A stretch of 57,657 nucleotides of DNA, filler included, from Circinaria calcarea (lineage: Eukaryota), in the NCBI GenBank assembly GCA_051942165.1. It is 7 parts of 7 records of this genome, joined end to end, with 100 filler letters (N's around TTAATTAATTAA, not from the genome) between each part and the next. Parts side by side here need not be neighbours in the genome. Positions count along the whole stretch, not along the records: positions 16,525 to 24,678 come from JAVECS010001162.1; positions 24,779 to 32,930 come from JAVECS010001163.1; positions 33,031 to 41,178 come from JAVECS010001164.1; 4 more parts are not named here. One strand, given 5' to 3'. A program made the position numbers and the translations under genes. Shown here piece after piece: positions 23,101 to 35,871 of the stretch. The first letter of the stretch is position 1; each line of letters starts with the position of its first letter. The notes under the pieces were generated by a model. The model saw only the letters and a list, made by a program, of their open reading frames with translations, searched no databases and was not told where the DNA came from.

Positions 23101-24020
23101 GGAGAAACACCATGCGTCGCCAACTTGAACGAGCTATACAGCAACAGAAGGAGTACGAGGACGCCAATGCTGCGAAGCTCCAGGAGGCACGTGAAATCCG
23201 TGAGGCAGAGATGAAGAAGCGAGAGGAGGAGAGAATGCGGGCCGAGGAGATTGTGCAGGAGAAGAAGAGGAAATTAGCAGAGGAGAGAAACAAAATGCTG
23301 GAGATTAGTAGGGAATTGGCGGAGAAGAGAGCGGAAGAGGAAAGGAGGAAGGAAGAGGCAGAGTACACCGATGACGAGGAGACCGGTCAAAGGGTAAAGC
23401 GAAAGAAGAAAAAGGCCGGTGGCAAGAGAAAGAAGAAGGGTGAGGACGATGATGGGGATGGGTCTGGAATGGATGGCCCTGGAAGAAAGAGCAGAGGTAG
23501 GAGCACAACAGAAGGGAGCGTTGCCCGTACTAGTGACGAGGAACGTGCGCCGAAGAAGAAGAGAAAGCTAGCGAGGAAGAACGCCAGTAAGGCAGAGGGC
23601 AAGATCAAGAGTAGTGAGCTCGTGGAAGACAGCGACGACGATGAAGAGATTGTTGTCGGTGGAACTCAAGCGGGGAATCTTTCTGGAGTCGATGTCGGCA
23701 ATGACGCTGCAGATAATCCAGACTCGGACATCAAAATGGCCGATGGAGATGACGAGGACGAGGATGCAGTCCAGAGACCTCGGAAGAAGAAGATATCCAG
23801 ACGCATCGATGATGATGAGGACGATGAGGGTGATGAGGACGACGTAGATGCCGCCAGTCCCAAAGTCGACGTTGAAGAGGAAGGGGATGGAGATGGAGAT
23901 GAGGATGGGGATGGAGAAACGGCAAACGAGACTGGTAACGTCTTTGCTGATCCGGTTTCTCCGCCCGTGGTTGATGAAACAGTCGCCGCGGCGGGAGATG
24001 GGGATACCGCTGAATACTAA
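20181..24020 (+). CDS. CTR9: Paf1 complex TPR subunit Ctr9
   Basis: N-terminus (SAIDIP...EAVEV.LEEL.DDPTELCTLLENE), many TPRs, ALQLDPKNAYAAQG, and a Lys/Glu coiled coil with an acidic tail; two introns. Confidence 0.93.
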
Positions 24021-24678
24021 TGAAAGGTCCGTTTTGTCTGCATTTGACGGGTAATCTTCTTTCCCCAAGGGGTTTGGCAATGCATGCATAGCTGAAGGCG
24101 TCTACCGGAGCCGAAAATCCATGTTCCTATATCGAGTGTGGCTGTCTACCTCGCATTAGGGCGTGGTGAGTCCATTTCCGGGGGGGGGCTCTGGCAAAAG
24201 ACATGATTAAGCTTCGTTCTACTGGAATGTGTACAATAGAACTATGTAGGATATTCCAATGCCCGAGGGAGCTTCCTCGATCAAATCAAATCAATCTTCC
24301 AATGTTCAATTAGCTTCAGCCAGCGCGGAAGAAATTTGTGCGATGGAATAGGGCTCCCATTCAGGGTATCTATAATTGTAAAAATTTCCCACGCAACTCA
24401 GCTAGTTAGCTTTCCCCTCCTACTCCTCAATACTCATGTTCATTGTTTACAATTCATCTAAATCTCACCTTTTAGATCTAAAATCATCCCTAATCTATAC
24501 ATCTCAAAAAGAGCCCACTACCAGTTTTCTCCCCAAAAAAAAAAATTCCTATTGCTTTTTTTCTTTCGGAAATAGCTCCCCCTTTTTTCCCTCCTGGAAC
24601 TTCTCTTCTCATCTCGGGGTAAACTTTGTAAACTTGAATTTTTGGGGTTGGGAATCCTCTATCCTCTATCCTCTATCC

Positions 24679-24778
24679 NNNNNNNNNNNNNNNNNNNNNN
24701 NNNNNNNNNNNNNNNNNNNNNNTTAATTAATTAANNNNNNNNNNNNNNNNNNNNNNNNNNNNNNNNNNNNNNNNNNNN
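24679..24778. other. Artificial contig-joining spacer
   Basis: N44-TTAATTAATTAA-N44. Confidence 0.98.
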
Positions 24779-25044
24779 TCCCCCTCCTCCTCCCCGCTAC
24801 CCTCACCGCTTCCATAAAAAGGTTCTGTCCGTCTGTGATAAATAAACCACGTACCTACCGTACCTTAGTCAAAGAACACCAGTATCATATCACTGACCAA
24901 GAAAAACATCCCCACATCGTGCATTTCTGCAGCAAACAGACTCCTTCCTGAGCCCCACTTTTTCAAAACTAGATAGACCCAATTCATTTGTTAATTATAG
25001 GACTATTTTTCTAAGATTACTCGGACACCCACCAAAAAAAAGCC

Positions 25045-25650
25045 ATGGCGACCACGATCCAGCAAAACCTGATTGAAAAGAACCAAGCCTACGCCTCCAC
25101 CTTCTCGCACGGCGACCTCCAGCTCGCGCCCACCAAGAAATATGCAGTCGGCAAGTTTAACCCCCAAATATATCTATTCTAATATACATAGCCCTAGCTC
25201 TAGCAGACACCCCGTGCGCTAACGGTTGATATGAACAACATCACAGTAACCTGCATGGACGCGTGCATCGATCCATGTTCCGCCTTTGGGATATCCCTCG
25301 GCGACGCCCACGTCATCCGCAACGCCGGCGGATCCGCCCGAGACGGCCTGCGCTCCCTCGTGATATCCGAACAACTCCTCGGCACAAATGAGATTGTGGT
25401 GATCAAGCACACCGGGTGCGGGATGTTGACATTCCAGAACGAAGACGCACACGCTATAGTGGAGAAGAATCTAGGAGCAGAAGGCAAGAAAGAGCTCGCG
25501 GGTTTGGATTTCCAACCGTTTCCGGACTTGGAGAAGGCGGTCGAGGATGATGTGGCATTCTTGAAGGCAAGCAAGGTTATTCCGGATAGCGTCAGGATTA
25601 GTGGTTGGATATATGAGGTTGAGACTGGGAAGGTGAAGTCGACTGTTTGA
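25045..25650 (+). CDS. Small beta-class carbonic anhydrase (clade D / cab-type)
   Basis: TCMDACIDP, GDAHVIRNAGG, HTGCGM and GWIYEVETGK; ATG at 25045 with a GC-AG intron at 25151-25246. Confidence 0.9.
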
Positions 25651-25769
25651 CTGTGTAATCGATGACCAGGCACGCATTGGCTCTGCGAGCAAAACCATAT
25701 CAAATAAATTATTGACACCTGGTGCATTGTGTAATCCGATGATACCCGCCACGCAATGATCTCACCCAA

Positions 25770-27322
25770 TCATACCGCAAGCCCGAGGGCTTCCTTCTCT
25801 TTTGCCTCTTGACTGCAATTCGGACATTCTCCATGGCCACATTTGAATCCGCCTTCGCATTTGTCTTCTCCCTTCTGTGGCCACAGTATCTGTTTCTTGA
25901 TGATGGCTCGAATCATCATTCCAACCACTAGCAGATAAACTACGATTAGAACACAACAGAAGACACAGCCAATGATCTTGATCACAAGAGAATCAAAGGC
26001 GTTTCCGATGGCAAATGTCGATGTAGCCAAGGCGGTATTCGGGAATACGAATGAGAACCAGGTCATGGCAAACTGCGGTCCTCCATGTCCAAAACAAGAC
26101 ACGTGAGCACCGACGGAGACAATGAAAAACCAAATTGCGAGACTAGACCATGTTAGCCCATGAAGAACGGAGCAAATGTGTAGACTTACCCCCACAACCA
26201 TAATGCCGCCCAGTCAGCCACAACCCTGATTATCATTCCAGCAAGCGGACCATTACCCATAAAACTGGCAGGTAAAGCCCTTCCAGCGTTGGCTGCTATG
26301 TTAACCATTGCGGCAGCTGTAAATGCGGCAGGTCCAACAGAGACAAACATCGCTGGCCTTATGTTTGCAGGAGGTAGTTTTTGTGTCATCAACCTGTATA
26401 TAAATGCCGAGTATATCGTCAAGGCTACGAGAAATCCAATTCCTTGGAACGTGAAGCCACCCACGACAATTGGCAGGGCCCTTGTAGGATCAAGGACAGC
26501 AACAAGGGCCCCGGCGTGCGGTCCAAGGATCAATAAAGGGTAGGCAGGAAATATCCAAACCGGAGTCATTTGGGCGATTGTGAAAGTCTGAGTGGACCAC
26601 CTATATCATGTTAGTGACAAGGGGGTTGTCTTCGGAGCTCCTCACGTACATCAGAAGATAGATACCACTCGAGGTCACAACAGCATTTGTTGCGTTTAAC
26701 CAGAATAGGAAAGTTGCGACGGAGCTAAGCCACGGGCCAGTATTGCCTAAGCCGTACTGCGTGATGTTGATGAATATAAAGCCAAGAGACACAACGGCAG
26801 CTGGGATGAACAAAGATTCCGTCGGGTGAAGGAAGGAGTTTCTGAAAGTTGAGGGAAAGAGATAGAAGCGTGTAGATATCAATAAAGTGAGGACCAGGAA
26901 AAGGACCATGTTGAAAATAAAGACGGCGGTGCCGATTGATTGCAGAGCAGGAAAGCGAAGGGGCACTGTGATCGCTCATGTTAGATTGGGAAAGATGGTC
27001 CAGACGCCATATCAAACGCACCTTGACGAAGCATGTTTGCAATGCCTCCTGTTGCCATTGTGAGTGTAAAGTACGTCCATGTAAGGTGCCTTATTCTCTG
27101 CTTGAAGGACAGCCTCCCCAGTTTCTCGGTAAGGCTTTTATGGGTTCGGTTCTGGCTAGAGGAGTGGGCATTTCGGATGGCTGATGCGAGCAGGCGTGAG
27201 TGGTGGTAATACTCGTAAGATACCCTTTCAAAGTGCTCATAGTCCTCGATAGTCGGAGTGCGGTAGCCCTCTTGGCCGGGAGATAGCAAATGCCGCGGGA
27301 TGGACTCGGATGCAAAAGGCAT
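25770..27322 (-). CDS. SLAC1/TDT-family C4-dicarboxylate (malate) transporter, Mae1-like
   Basis: RIRHLTWTYFTLTMATGGIA, HPTESLF, MTPVWIFPAYP, RPAMFVSVGP and FAMTWFSFVFPN; three introns. Confidence 0.9.
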
Positions 27323-28824
27323 ATTGCCAGAATGAATGTACTAAAAGGCTCTCTCTACCAGAGAGGAGATAGCGAGGGTTGCTTGCTGGTCACGAAAAGG
27401 GTCAAGGTGGTGGCCACTTAGTAATACTCGGTATATACGTGACGCATAGATGCTGCAGAAAGCAGATCAAGAAAAAGTAAAGAATGCATGGTGGTGGAGA
27501 TGGGATGGTAGAATTATAGGGTGGTAGATTTGTGTACAAAAAAGACGTCTAGAGAGAAAATGGATCCCGTATCAGCAAGCTCAGCCGAAAGCCGGAAGAC
27601 TGGGGCCGGTAGAACGGAGAAACCCGTTGTAAGACAGTAAGATTGGTATGCTTCAATGGCCTGTAATGGTTGTCGAGGAGATTTAATTCGTGAGATGACA
27701 CTGCTGCTGAGGTGCGTAGATTTTCTCCATGTCCCAATATGGACTATCATGTAAGCCAGGGGTCTTTGGCGGGGCTAGAATTGCGTCCTCCTCCTCTGTA
27801 ACCCTAATAATACAGTTGCATCCATCAGTTCTAACACCTGGCCCCCTCTTTGAAAGTAACTTGATCCTGGACTTTTAATGGCCACCCGTGTTCTGTGTAA
27901 ATGCGCAGCACTTGGCATCACTTCCGCCTTCAACGCGCCGCTCCGACTTCATCCAAGAGTCCAAATGCGACAGAGCTTATTCTCACGGCTGAGGTCCATC
28001 TTTGTATCTATTCGTTCCCGTCAGGTACCAGCGAGGTGGATCCATGCGCCAAATGTAACAGTGGACCAAAGGCTGGGTTTGAGATGGCCTTGCCACACTG
28101 ATACCCACGGGGACCCGGGATAGTGGGAAGGCAGCTGGCTTGATGGATTGGAAAGTCGGTATTTCAGTTCTGTATGGAGTCTGCCTGCTCTACGGTAGCA
28201 TTTCCTCTATGCACGCCGTCATCATAAGAAGGTCAAAGATAACCTGAATTCAGGGGTCGTTGCGCTTGTGCAGATTAAGCTACTACCCGCCCTCACTAAA
28301 TTCGGGAGGCTTTCGGGAGGCGATCCGAACTGTACCTATTTCGATTGCGACGTTGCACTAGGCCTTCCCGTTTCAACGGATGGTAATGGGATTGCTGTGA
28401 CTGTGACGGTCATTGCAAATGGCATGTGCTCCGACGGGCTATGCAGAATTTCAGCTTTTCCCGTGATAGGTTCTAACCCCGGCCCCTGATCTATACCAAG
28501 CCGGGGGGAAGATGGATACCGGCGTAACCCAAAGACATTGCTTACCGCACATGGTCGGTATATCAAGCGGAGCGAATCACTTTCCCCGCACGACTTGCAA
28601 ATGTGGTAAGAAAGCCGTTGCATCTATTAGGGTCCACGATGATGCCTCGTGTCTGACCCGTCATCATCGACCAAATCCAGACAGTAAATAAGCACCGACG
28701 CAAGCACCGACGCCTACCGATGCCGCATTGCGCAATAGTAGAGATACGACCTCGTGGCTCTGAGACCAGAGAACTAGCATTCATGGGATGAGCGTACCCG
28801 TTACGGATACACCGGCTACTACGC

Positions 28825-31082
28825 TCAGATCTTCCGCTTCAGCAGCCCTTTGAAGAAGTCGAAACTGTTGCTGTCGCTTTGCAGTTGTACCATTCGTCCT
28901 GTTCCTCTGTCCTCCCACCCTAACTCCTCAGCTACAAGTAAGCCCCAGTCGCGTGTAATGCCTCTGATCCTCGCTTTGATGCCTCCTTCTGTTTCGAGCG
29001 TTACAATCTGATCGGTGTGTAGCCAATGACTGTAGTACATCTCTTCAAAGTACTTGTCAAACCCCGTTGTCTTGAAACGTGCATACAGGGATGAGAATGA
29101 GGCGAGAATTCGGGCGAGGAGCTTTTCGAGGGTGAATGCTGGCAAATAATCCGGGAGAAGAGCGGTGAGAGACGTTGTGGGTAGAGGATTAATGGTATTG
29201 AGCCCGATGCCAACAACGGAGAAGAACTCGGTGTTCTGGTAATGTGAGTTCACGAGAATGCCCCCAATCTTGACGTACGCTTTCGCGGAAGTGGGTTGGC
29301 TAGGATCGAGTGCATCTGAAACAAAAAGGGGATTAGTAGACGTGCCACGTTGGACTCGGTGTGAAAAAGATGGAAACGCACATATATCGTTAGGCCACTT
29401 GAGCTTGACGGGTAAGGTTTGGTATCCCTTATCATATGACTTGACGCCCTCTACAATGGCCAACGCGGCAAGATATTGAAGGAAAACCACCGGGGCATTG
29501 GGCGAGCGGGACAAGTCGTGACGGACCAAAACCGAGAAGAGTAAAGAACCTGCCGGCGATACCCAGACGTTGGATCCTCGACCCCGACCAGCAACCTGAT
29601 TGGTTGCGGTTGCGGTGAAGCCGGTGGGCAGACGGCGAAGTAGCCGTGTATTTCTACGGTCAATTAGTAATCCAAAGCGTATGATGAATCAGGATACGCA
29701 CTTCTCAAGCATGGTGTTGGTACTCGTTACCACCTCGCCATATAAAAGATGATTGCCGAATTCCGGACTAGAATCTCTCGTGATGGATTGATAGTGTACC
29801 AAGTTTGCAAAAAAAGCATGGTGATTGAAGTATGGTGTCTCTTTATTAGAAGGATGCTCTTCGTTGTGGACGATCATGCGCTTCACGATTTTGTTATAGT
29901 CTAGGAAACTGTCTTCCCCTACGTGAGTTCGCTCGATTTTATCGTCTGATGGATCCGGCAGAGCATTGCCCAGAGATCCAAGTGACCAAGAGGACGGCTT
30001 CTCCAGGTGAAATGTGTCGTTTTCATCTTCTATATACTCTTCTTCGTCAACGGTGGTGATGATCTCCCTCAATGACGCAATGAGATTGGAAGTATCCGAA
30101 GGCTGCAACGAAGTCAAGTGAAGCCGGGAAAGCGATGGTACTGCATCTTGATCCTCATTTACATGCAGGCCGAGTTTAGTCAAGCAAGCTTTCAAGAAGT
30201 CTATCCTAGGTTTGTCATCCTCCGTTAAAGCGGTTATAACCTTTGGAAAGTCGTTTCCCTCGGCTTTAGGGTTTAGATTAGTCGCTGCAAATCTAAGGCG
30301 GATCAGCACATTTGAAACTTCGGATCGAAAGAGACAATAGCTGACTCGGGATGTGGGCTAGTCAAGATCGCCGCACCTTCGCCAACTTTACAGTAGACGA
30401 TTGCAGCAAGTCCCTCTCCTGCGTCAACGCTTGTCTTCTCCGTGAAACTGGCAAGTATTTCAACACCTTTGTCCTTGAATTTAGGAGCGTCAACAAAGAC
30501 ACCGCCACCATTATAGTAAGAGCGGAAGATACCGGGCACGGAACCTTCGGCGAGAACAGTCTTGTTAACCTTCAACTCCACCGCCCTTGCTCCTTTTTCA
30601 CTATGATAGACAAATCCCGGAAAGGCACATCCTCGGCAGGTCCCGGGGTAGAAGCCAAGTTCTCGATCACCGACAACTTCCATCTTCTTGTCACCCACCT
30701 CGAACTCGCATCTACTGCTAGCGTAGTAGCCTCCCGCACAAAAACCAACATACGCGCCTCCTCGTTCCACAAATTGACTGATTCTCCGGTTACCCTCACC
30801 ATTCAATGTTCGACAATAACCCAAATCAGCCCCACCGGGCATCACGAGCAGTGCACATGATGCTGTCCATGGTTCTTTGATGATAGCATCTCCCTGAACA
30901 GGGATGACCGCGTAATTGGAAGAAAGTAGGCGGCGAAGGGTGTAAACACAATGACGGACTGACTCAACTGTACTTCCATTACCTGATAATTATATTAAGC
31001 GAGCCGTATGATCATCAATTGCATAAAGCTTAGTATTGAATTTACCTGAGTACACGAGAACGTTCATGCGCTTTGATGCCAT
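28825..31082 (-). CDS. BPL1: Biotin-protein ligase (holocarboxylase synthetase)
   Basis: MNVLVYSG, MPGGADL, GFCAGGYY, EVVTSTNT, QVAGRGRGSNVW, KWPND, KIGGIL and NSFDFFKGL. Confidence 0.93.
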
Positions 31083-31180
31083 GATAAAATGCACTTGGAA
31101 TCTTCTCCCTCGGGCCTGAACCGAGGACACCTACAAGCCTTCGACAGATTTAATCGAATGAGCAATCGAACAAACCAAAG

Positions 31181-31638
31181 ATGAGCAAGTACACAGAGGA
31201 GAAGATACAAGAAAAGGCAGAAGATGATAACGAGCCGGATGAGTGGTAGGTGACCTTGGCTGATGCAGTACTCGAGATGTTCACATATTTGTCCAGGGAC
31301 AAGAGGATCTTTAGTACAGGGTGCGCTGGTATGTCAATCTATATGTATACCAAAGCGCGGTATACGGGGGTAACGAGGCAGTCACAGTTGAGCAAACGAA
31401 AATGAACGACTGCTACTTTGAGAAGAAAGATTGGAGGATATGTAGGCAAGAAGTAGGTGCTGTCGCCGGCCATTTTCCCACCACACTACCATTCTCTAAC
31501 CGAGCCCCGCCAAACCGTGAGCGCAATCCCAGCCTCTTCGATCTATTGCTGACGGTGTGATGTGCTCAGATGGAGGCCTTTCGAGAATGCTGGAAAAGAC
31601 AAGGCAATGACTGGAGAACAGAGACGAAAGATGCCTGA
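31181..31638 (+). CDS. COA4: Twin CX9C cytochrome c oxidase assembly factor (four small exons)
   Basis: Spliced product MSKYTEEKIQEKAEDDNEPDEW/DKRIFSTGCA/VEQTKMNDCYFEKKDWRICRQE/MEAFRECWKRQGNDWRTETKDA; CX9C-CX9C with the EPDEWD..I..TGC signature. Confidence 0.85.
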
Positions 31639-31905
31639 GGTCATGTAGGATATTCAACTACGGCGTCGCTCTGTACATATCACGAGAAAGCTCTTAATTC
31701 ATATCCACGTATGATGATAATTACATAGAATGATCTTGTCCTATTCGGTAGATAGATACTCCTCCGCTTGGGAAGAAATCACCCTCCCAGTCAGTCTTTG
31801 AGCCTGTCCTTCAGCCTTGCAGGGCCGGGTCTAGATACGCGGTTTACGCGAGATGCCTCAAACTTCCGAACCGATTTTGCAGTACAAAGTCATCTTTAAT
31901 TGGAC

Positions 31906-32930
31906 ATGGCTACCCTGACCTTTCAGCGGGCCACATGGCAACTCCAAATCTCTCGGACCACCCGCTCATTCTGCGTCTCCTTCACGGCCGCTCTGCCACA
32001 TCGGACCAAGCGACGCCAGCTCCACTCCCAATCCACCGACCCTATCCGCCCAAGTCGCCATGATTTCCCCCAACCTCGAGTCTCTAGACACAACCAAAGT
32101 CGCACTGCGTTCACGTCTACGAAAGTTTATCAGGCGCAACAGGCACAACAAACACAGCAGGTTTCTCCCTCACAGGTAAGGCCTCGCCCTCCTTACGCCG
32201 CCACTTCCAAACTCCCCCAGCCAACGACAGGCGCCTCACTGCCCTCCCAGAACACTCCCCCTCCTACGCCTAATACCAATCTCCCGGACCTTACCAGCGG
32301 CCTCAGTGACCAGCCCATAATTCTTGATGAAGGAACCCGCCAAGTGGATTGGGCACGCTCGTTCCACGGCCTTTCCACCGAAGCTTTCTCCAAAGAAGCC
32401 GCCGAGATACTGTTGCAACCGATTTCGAATGAGGACATTGAGGTCAAGCCGGATGGGGTCCTGTATCTACCAGAGATCAAATACAGGAGGATACTGAACA
32501 AGGCGTTTGGACCGGGGGGTTGGGGCCTAGCACCCCGAAGCGAAACTATCGTTACAGCGAAAGCAGTGACAAGAGAGTATGCACTCGTAGTCCTAGGCCG
32601 GTAAGTCCTAATAATCTATCCCTTCACCCTCACCCAACACCACAACCCTCACTAAGCAACCCCCGTCACAACCACCAGACTCGTCTCCGTCTCCCGCGGT
32701 GAACAAGACTACTTCTCCCCAGACGGCATTCCCACCGCTACCGAAGGCTGCAAGTCCAACGCCCTGATGCGCTGCTGCAAGGACCTGGGCATCGCCAGTG
32801 AATTGTGGGACCCGCGCTTCGTGCGCCGCTTCATGGCCAAGGAGGCTCGTGAGGCGTTTGTGGAGCATGCGGTCACGAAGAAGCGGAAGAAGGTCTGGTT
32901 GAGGAAGGACGATGAAGTGAGGTATCCGTT
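31906..32930 (+). CDS. MGM101: Mitochondrial genome maintenance protein (Rad52-like); last codons cut by contig end
   Basis: [41 protein letters not shown] and [24 protein letters not shown]. Confidence 0.95.
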
Positions 32931-33030
32931 NNNNNNNNNNNNNNNNNNNNNNNNNNNNNNNNNNNNNNNNNNNNTTAATTAATTAANNNNNNNNNNNNNN
33001 NNNNNNNNNNNNNNNNNNNNNNNNNNNNNN
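32931..33030. other. Artificial contig-joining spacer
   Basis: N44-TTAATTAATTAA-N44. Confidence 0.98.
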
Positions 33031-33037
33031 CCTCAGA

Positions 33038-33186
33038 CTACCTACCCTACCTGCCTACCCTACCTACCTTACCTAACTCTACCTTACCTTACCTCCCCTA
33101 CCCTACCTACCTTACCTTACGCCTACCCTACCTAACCATCCATCCCATCCATCCATCAATTCCATCCATCCATCAATTCCATCCAT
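33038..33186. repeat. Compound simple repeat (CCTAC/CTTAC then CCAT units)
   Basis: Directly visible low-complexity array at the contig start. Confidence 0.85.
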
Positions 33187-33608
33187 TGTAAATTCGTAAA
33201 AAAAGGGGAATCGTAAATAAAGAGGGAAAAAAAAGAGGAAAAGAGGATCGTCATGGGACTGACTGATTGATTACTATAAGTCAATCCAATCAGTTCAATC
33301 AATCTCCCGTCCCGTCTCGTCTACTTGGAAATACCCAAAGTTTCGAGAATGAGATTTTCACCAATGCAGTGGAGACGTTGTATAAATACAATGTGTAAAT
33401 ACAAGAAAAAGTTACCCCTGGGTTGTCCCCTTTCTGATGCTTTCAAATGAACAGAAGACTTGGATCGGTATCCGGTCGCTCGCCTTTTATCCCCCCCCCA
33501 AATCCCCTCGCGATGCTATCATAATTCCCACTTTCTTCCCTTGTTTAAAGATACACTTGCCCGGAAACCCTTATTGTGCCCATACCGGAAATAAATGTCC
33601 CGTCCCAA

Positions 33609-34919
33609 TCATATCCCTTTCCCGCAATTGGGGGCCCCAAACTGACTTCCGAAATTCATGCTCCTTTTGATCTTCAACATTGGTTCCGGCTCGAGCTGAT
33701 CAAAATCATTAATCTGATCAACCACGGGATTTTCATTTGGCCGATTGGTGTCCTCGGTGTTGCCATCGTTGGGTGTAGGCGAGAGAGTTTCCGACTTTGC
33801 CACATCGAGGAGTTTGGAGTCGAGCTCGGAGAGGAAAGGATTGTCTTCTGCACCGTTGTTCTGTAATGTAAGAGGCGGTTTCAATTCGGCATCTTCTTCG
33901 ATATTGTCCATGATGCGTGGAAAGTACGAATCTGAACGTTCATTTGGAGGTCTGGCAAAAGACGGACAAGGCTCCAAGGGTGGTCGTTCCTTTTCCGGTG
34001 GGTCAGCTGTAGGTGGATCGCTTCCAAGGTGAATGCTGTCGCTGTCCGAATGACTGGTTCGACGCGCCAAAGGGGTGTGACCTGCATGCTTGGTATATGG
34101 ATCTTCGGGTTTTTCAGGTTGAGATGGAGGTAGCTTAATGTGATTCAGGAACGGTCGGTCTGCTGAAGGCGAGCACAGGGGAGACGGAGTTTGCGGAGTT
34201 ATGATAGTCTCGACAATGGCAGGAGGAAGACTACTGGGTTTGAACATGATCCCATCGAGATTTTTGTCAATCTTGACTCCATCAATGCTGGCTTTATGCC
34301 TGAGTTTGTGTTGTTTTCCACTGGTTTTGCCTAGTTTGTATATGCCATCATCCTCTGCAATGCTCGACATCCGTCGTCCCGGTAGCTTTGTGACCGCACT
34401 TGATGGTTCTGAGAATGTCCGACTAGGCCGAGCATCGGCTCTTCCCCCAGCACCCCTCCAATACTCATCGCCAGTGCTAGCACTCGTCGCTCTGGGTGGT
34501 CCCTGGCTCGGGAAGAACGCCCCGCTCACGATATCGGACGTCTCGCTAGGCGATGATGCTTCCCTTCCGAGACGGATCCGATACTGGCGGACAGAAGCCT
34601 CCAACTCTGCAACCCGTCCGTGTAATTCTTGCCTTTCGAGATGCCACAATGCCCTCTCCTCGTCATGAACCTGACGCTGATGATCCACCAAGGCACGATA
34701 CTGCTCCACGTATTGATTCGAGGCAACATGAGACGGAAAGGGAGCCCTCGCTGGTGAAGATATGGAAGAGATGGGCATTTGGCTGGCAGACTTCACGGAT
34801 TGCTGGAGGGGAAGCTGCCCAGAGATTCGGGATGGATGGTGGGCCGGTGGAATGTTTTCGGCTCTGGGGGCAAATGAAACCGGAGGCATTCGAGGTGGAG
34901 ATGTCCATGGCATGTCCAT
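33609..34919 (-). CDS. Hypothetical Pro/Ser-rich protein with a short coiled coil
   Basis: 436-aa ORF with a coiled coil (QRQVHDEERALWHLERQEL) and C-terminal LKIKRSMNFG. An upstream exon is possible. Confidence 0.7.
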   Translation of the reverse strand: MDMPWTSPPRMPPVSFAPRAENIPPAHHPSRISGQLPLQQSVKSASQMPISSISSPARAPFPSHVASNQYVEQYRALVDHQRQVHDEERALWHLERQELHGRVAELEASVRQYRIRLGREASSPSETSDIVSGAFFPSQGPPRATSASTGDEYWRGAGGRADARPSRTFSEPSSAVTKLPGRRMSSIAEDDGIYKLGKTSGKQHKLRHKASIDGVKIDKNLDGIMFKPSSLPPAIVETIITPQTPSPLCSPSADRPFLNHIKLPPSQPEKPEDPYTKHAGHTPLARRTSHSDSDSIHLGSDPPTADPPEKERPPLEPCPSFARPPNERSDSYFPRIMDNIEEDAELKPPLTLQNNGAEDNPFLSELDSKLLDVAKSETLSPTPNDGNTEDTNRPNENPVVDQINDFDQLEPEPMLKIKRSMNFGSQFGAPNCGKGI

Positions 34920-35871
34920 TGGTCCGTGATGTCAAGTACTACACTTTTGGTCAATGAAGAAACGGTCGGCGGGAAAGGAGGCACGCGACCAGGCTTACAT
35001 ACGCCTCGACAATAGTCCTTCAACCAGAGTTGGTTACGAGAATACACGCAGATTGTTCTAACTAATGAGCTCTGGAGACAGTAGTTGTCTCATCATCACC
35101 ACGATACACGTGGCAGGCGGTCAAACCATCAATCTATGAAGATAAATCCCCAAATGGTAATTCAGGCCCCTTCGTCGCGATTCCTTTCCTGCCTACCATA
35201 CCTGAAGTGCCTCGGTATAAATTCGGCAGTGACGTATGGCCCATGGGTCAGAGCTCCAACCGGCATTTCTCAACGCCGATCATCACCGGACTTTACTGGT
35301 ACAGCATCTCTCGTCGTTGACTCGGACCCTTGTTCTTCGGGTTTAAATCTTACCTGAAGGAGTCAAGCATGGAATTGGGTTCGGAAGCAAACGGCTCCCG
35401 GTCTACACGGCCGAGGATTCTTTTGCTCGCCCCAGTCTTGAATGAGAGCATCTCGGTAGCTATTCAATTGATTACATGAATTGTTGTAGTCTAATTTTCT
35501 CGTCACGAAGAGAGAGAAACTTATCTTTCTTCTCTGCCAACACTACAGTACTCCCCATCTACCACAGTCGGAGGATATCTCGGAGTCGCTTTTTCCTTGT
35601 GAACTAGCATACCGAGGCAGTAGTGTTGGTAATCGAGGGGGCATAGTGATATTCAACTTTGACTCTCCTTGCTTATCCACGCCGGGCAATGTCGTTCCGT
35701 GGAATCTTTTTGAAATTGTCACCCTTCCCCTGATTTCATGACTTCCTTGCACCAGAGCTAGCAAGAAGGTGCTCCGCACGGCTTTGGAGATGGGGCCCGT
35801 CCTGTGACATTTTGACATGTCCATGATCAAGATAGTCGTAGTGCTTGACTCTCAGATCCATCCATCATCCA

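Noticed and set aside
27323..28824. Short ORFs between the transporter and BPL1
   Set aside because: No recognisable motifs or consistent splice structure; probably promoter/UTR sequence.
33038..33140. Telomere-like repeat at a contig start
   Set aside because: Units are CCTAC/CTTAC, not a regular CCCTAA array; this is an ordinary microsatellite.
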